DNA from: the human T2T-CHM13v2.0 reference genome, Homo sapiens
Assembly (NCBI RefSeq): GCF_009914755.1
Contig: NC_060930.1
Length of the DNA: 64,000 nucleotides
Reading direction: 5' to 3' (one strand)
Positions 56,025 to 64,000 of the stretch are shown piece by piece; the stretch's first letter is position 1, and each line of letters opens with the position of its first letter. Position numbers and translations under genes: made by a program. Below the pieces are notes generated by a model that ran no database searches, was not told where the DNA came from, and saw only the letters and a list, made by a program, of their open reading frames with translations.

Positions 56025-58446
56025 GTTTCTATAGATCCGGTCATTTCTATAGATCTTAAAAACTTTCAAAAACTTAGATTTCTTTAGATAATGTGCTGTT
56101 GAATAATCAGACTTGGCATTGTTAGTCATATCAGGCAAAGCCCCAAAAGGAAGGAGATTTTACCCCTGGTGGTTCACATGAAGAGGCTATTTGCAGAGGT
56201 TAGAGAACAAACAAGTGTGGTAAAGCGCTCAGGGATTAGAAACAGTAAGAAATTCTTAGTTCTCCAGAAATTACCAGAGCAGAAAGCTGGCATTGTAGAG
56301 GAGGGCTAGAGGGAGCTGCGGTTTTGAAGCAGGAGGGGCGTGAAGGGAGGTTCCCTGATCTCTCTTCCCTCTTCCTCCGAGTCTCCACCGGTGACTTACT
56401 TTACTAGAACCCAGCTGGGGAGCCCAGGTGATTTTTTTTTTTTTTAAAGCTCATTCTCCCAGTGCAAGAGCAGAGAAAGAATTGAGGATGTGAAGGAGCA
56501 AATGGAGATTAACTAGGACATTATTTAGAACCTTTGGGGATTTGTAGCATTTCCTTGGTACATTTTAAAAAAAACTTGTAGCATTGTGATACATCTGCAA
56601 AATACTTGGGACTAATTGTTTTATACATGCTTTCAGAAATAGTTTAATCACTTTCTCATTTAACTGAACAATTATTTTAGGAAATTTTGATGATCCGTAT
56701 AACCCAACAAGAAACATAATCTAGGTCTGTTAACACAAAGCACTTTTGTTAATATACTGTTATACTTTGCTGAGGTTTTCTGAAATTTTCTTCACTAGGC
56801 AGTCCTGGTTTAATGGAATACATGTTTCTTTCATTAAAAATCTTTAGTGACTAAATTAAAAATATTTTGGCAATAAGTCTTTCGCTTTTCTGGAATTTAT
56901 ACTTGTATTCACCTGGAATTTTTTTTGACAGCAAGAGCACTAGAACATAGTGTTGATATGGTAATAGTTCATAGAAGCAAGACTATTGGGAAATAGTTGT
57001 TCGTCCTTCCCAAGTCCTTTTGAGGACACATTAAATTTCTGTATAAATCTGTTGCAGTTTGCTGTTATCTTGCAGTTGCTGATATTTTGCTAATGCCAAT
57101 TTTACCTAGTTAATCTTAGTTCTGGCAAAAAGTTTGTGCTCTTTATTTTGGATAGATTCCTTAGGGGTTACTAAAGAAAAGGATTTCTCTTCTTAAAGAG
57201 ATGGTATGAAGGATTCTAGGGATATAAGTAATACTCCCCCCAAAACAATTAGATTATGACTTATATTTTCTTTCTTCTCTTGAGGATTCCAGGGAAAAAG
57301 AAGTACAAGATCTTACTCAGATTAAGAAGCAGCTAGAGAGGGCCTTGTTCATGACCTCCAGAAAAGGAAAAGCCGTATTGTGCAGGGTTGAGCAGATGAA
57401 TAAACATCTGGCTGAGAGAATTTAGCATACAAATAAAGTATACCTCTGGATATAAATGTTATAACTGAGTTAAAAAAAAAACAAATATGTTTCCCAGCTT
57501 GTCTTTTTTAGAGAGTATGGTGAAAATGAGAAACAGGTTTGGAATCAACTGAATAACACCTGTGGTTGGAAACCAACCATTTAGACATTTTCTCTGTAAG
57601 TAGGCTTTTTTTTTTTTAAAGGAGTGATTTTCAAACTTTTGTGGGATCTTCTAAAAACATATTGTTTATTTGGATTTGACACTGATGGAATCAGTATCCC
57701 GCAGGAGATATTTGAGGCTCTTAGTTTTTCCATGTTGTATTCTTTGAATTTCCTTGATTTGAGGATTGAGTTATTCCAGAGAGAACTTTTCTCTTCTTCC
57801 TTGTTATTTTTTTTCTAAAATTAGATGAACCAGCTGTGTTTTGGTTTGTGGGCATGATTTGCTGTCTGTTATCCTTTTGGTCTTAGTATCTGGGGGAAGA
57901 ACAAAGAACCTGTGTGTGTTTTGAAGAAGAATGTATTAGTTTCTCTGCTCTTCTTGTTCATCTTGGTTGATCTTTAAGATGAGAAGAACGAAGAAAATAC
58001 TTTATGTACTTATTATTCTTGTGTTTGATATTTCAAACAAAACTGTGGCTTGTATTGGCCACTGAGATGATGGAGAAAACAGGTGAATGTAAAGTGAAAA
58101 ACTAGTCATCATGTATTCAAATGGCTAATTGAAGAGGTTTATGTTAAAGGTTTTCTTTCAGGTATGGGAGGAGGGAAAAGAAGGATGGAAATTGAATGAG
58201 TTTGACCATATGACCAGCTGTCACGACAGATGTTTTAGCAACCAGGAAATATTTATTTCAATCAGAATTTAATTTTATATTTTATAGGGATGCATTCTAC
58301 TAATAAGCCTTTTTTTTGGAAGGAAAGTGAGGATAAGTTAGGAATTTATAAACCAATTTGGTGATTTTAGTAAGTCATTAGTAAAAATGGAGATAGCCTG
58401 GTGGCTGCATATACTGATGCTAGTATGTTAGAAAATGGGCTGTTAG

Positions 58447-58447
<1 letters not shown>

Positions 58448-58482
<35 letters not shown>
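58448..58482. repeat. (AC)~17 microsatellite
   Basis: Direct reading. Confidence 0.95.
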
Positions 58483-58487
<5 letters not shown>

Positions 58488-58789
58488 ATTTTTTTTTTCC
58501 TTTTTGCCAGATGTGCAACTGTATACAGAGGGCTATTATTTATTAAAGGTGTGTTTCTGGAACTGGCCCAGAATGTCATGGACTTTAGTCCTGTTTTCTA
58601 GGATTCTGCTATTTGGTATATAACACTGATATAGGTTAGTATTTTCAGAACATGTGGACAACAGAGTAGGTCAGCATGATTGAACAGTGAAAGGTTTATG
58701 TCAGATGGGTTCGGGGTGGCAGTATATTGTAATGATGGATTGAATGAGTGATCTAAAATCATCCTAGCACAGTATAATTGTAACAGTTC

Positions 58790-64000
<5,211 letters not shown>

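Overview
Human/hominoid genomic DNA, very Alu-rich, apparently from the SENP6-MYO6 region (6q14.1). The + strand carries the last five coding exons of the SUMO protease SENP6 (6393-12461, including the catalytic Cys motif) and a repeat-free 3' UTR of about 2.7 kb ending near 15150. About 30 kb of transposon-dense intergenic DNA follows. A CpG-island promoter with a non-coding first exon (donor after 46301) is most likely MYO6, followed by about 18 kb of its intron 1. Notable accessory elements: an antisense HERV-K(HML-2) LTR5A/B solo LTR in a SENP6 intron, and an intronless, TSD-flanked, poly(A)-tailed processed pseudogene of an oocyte-secreted ZP-N protein (OOSP4B-like, 41112-41991) that keeps a complete signal peptide. 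Also present are nested retroelements, closely spaced inverted Alu pairs, a 90-nt fold-back hairpin in a TA/CA repeat, and a candidate SENP6 poison exon. Almost all listed ORFs are artefacts of Alus, simple repeats or GC content. No wholly new multi-gene system is supported; the retrocopy is the most unexpected element. Repeat boundaries and subfamily calls are by eye and approximate.
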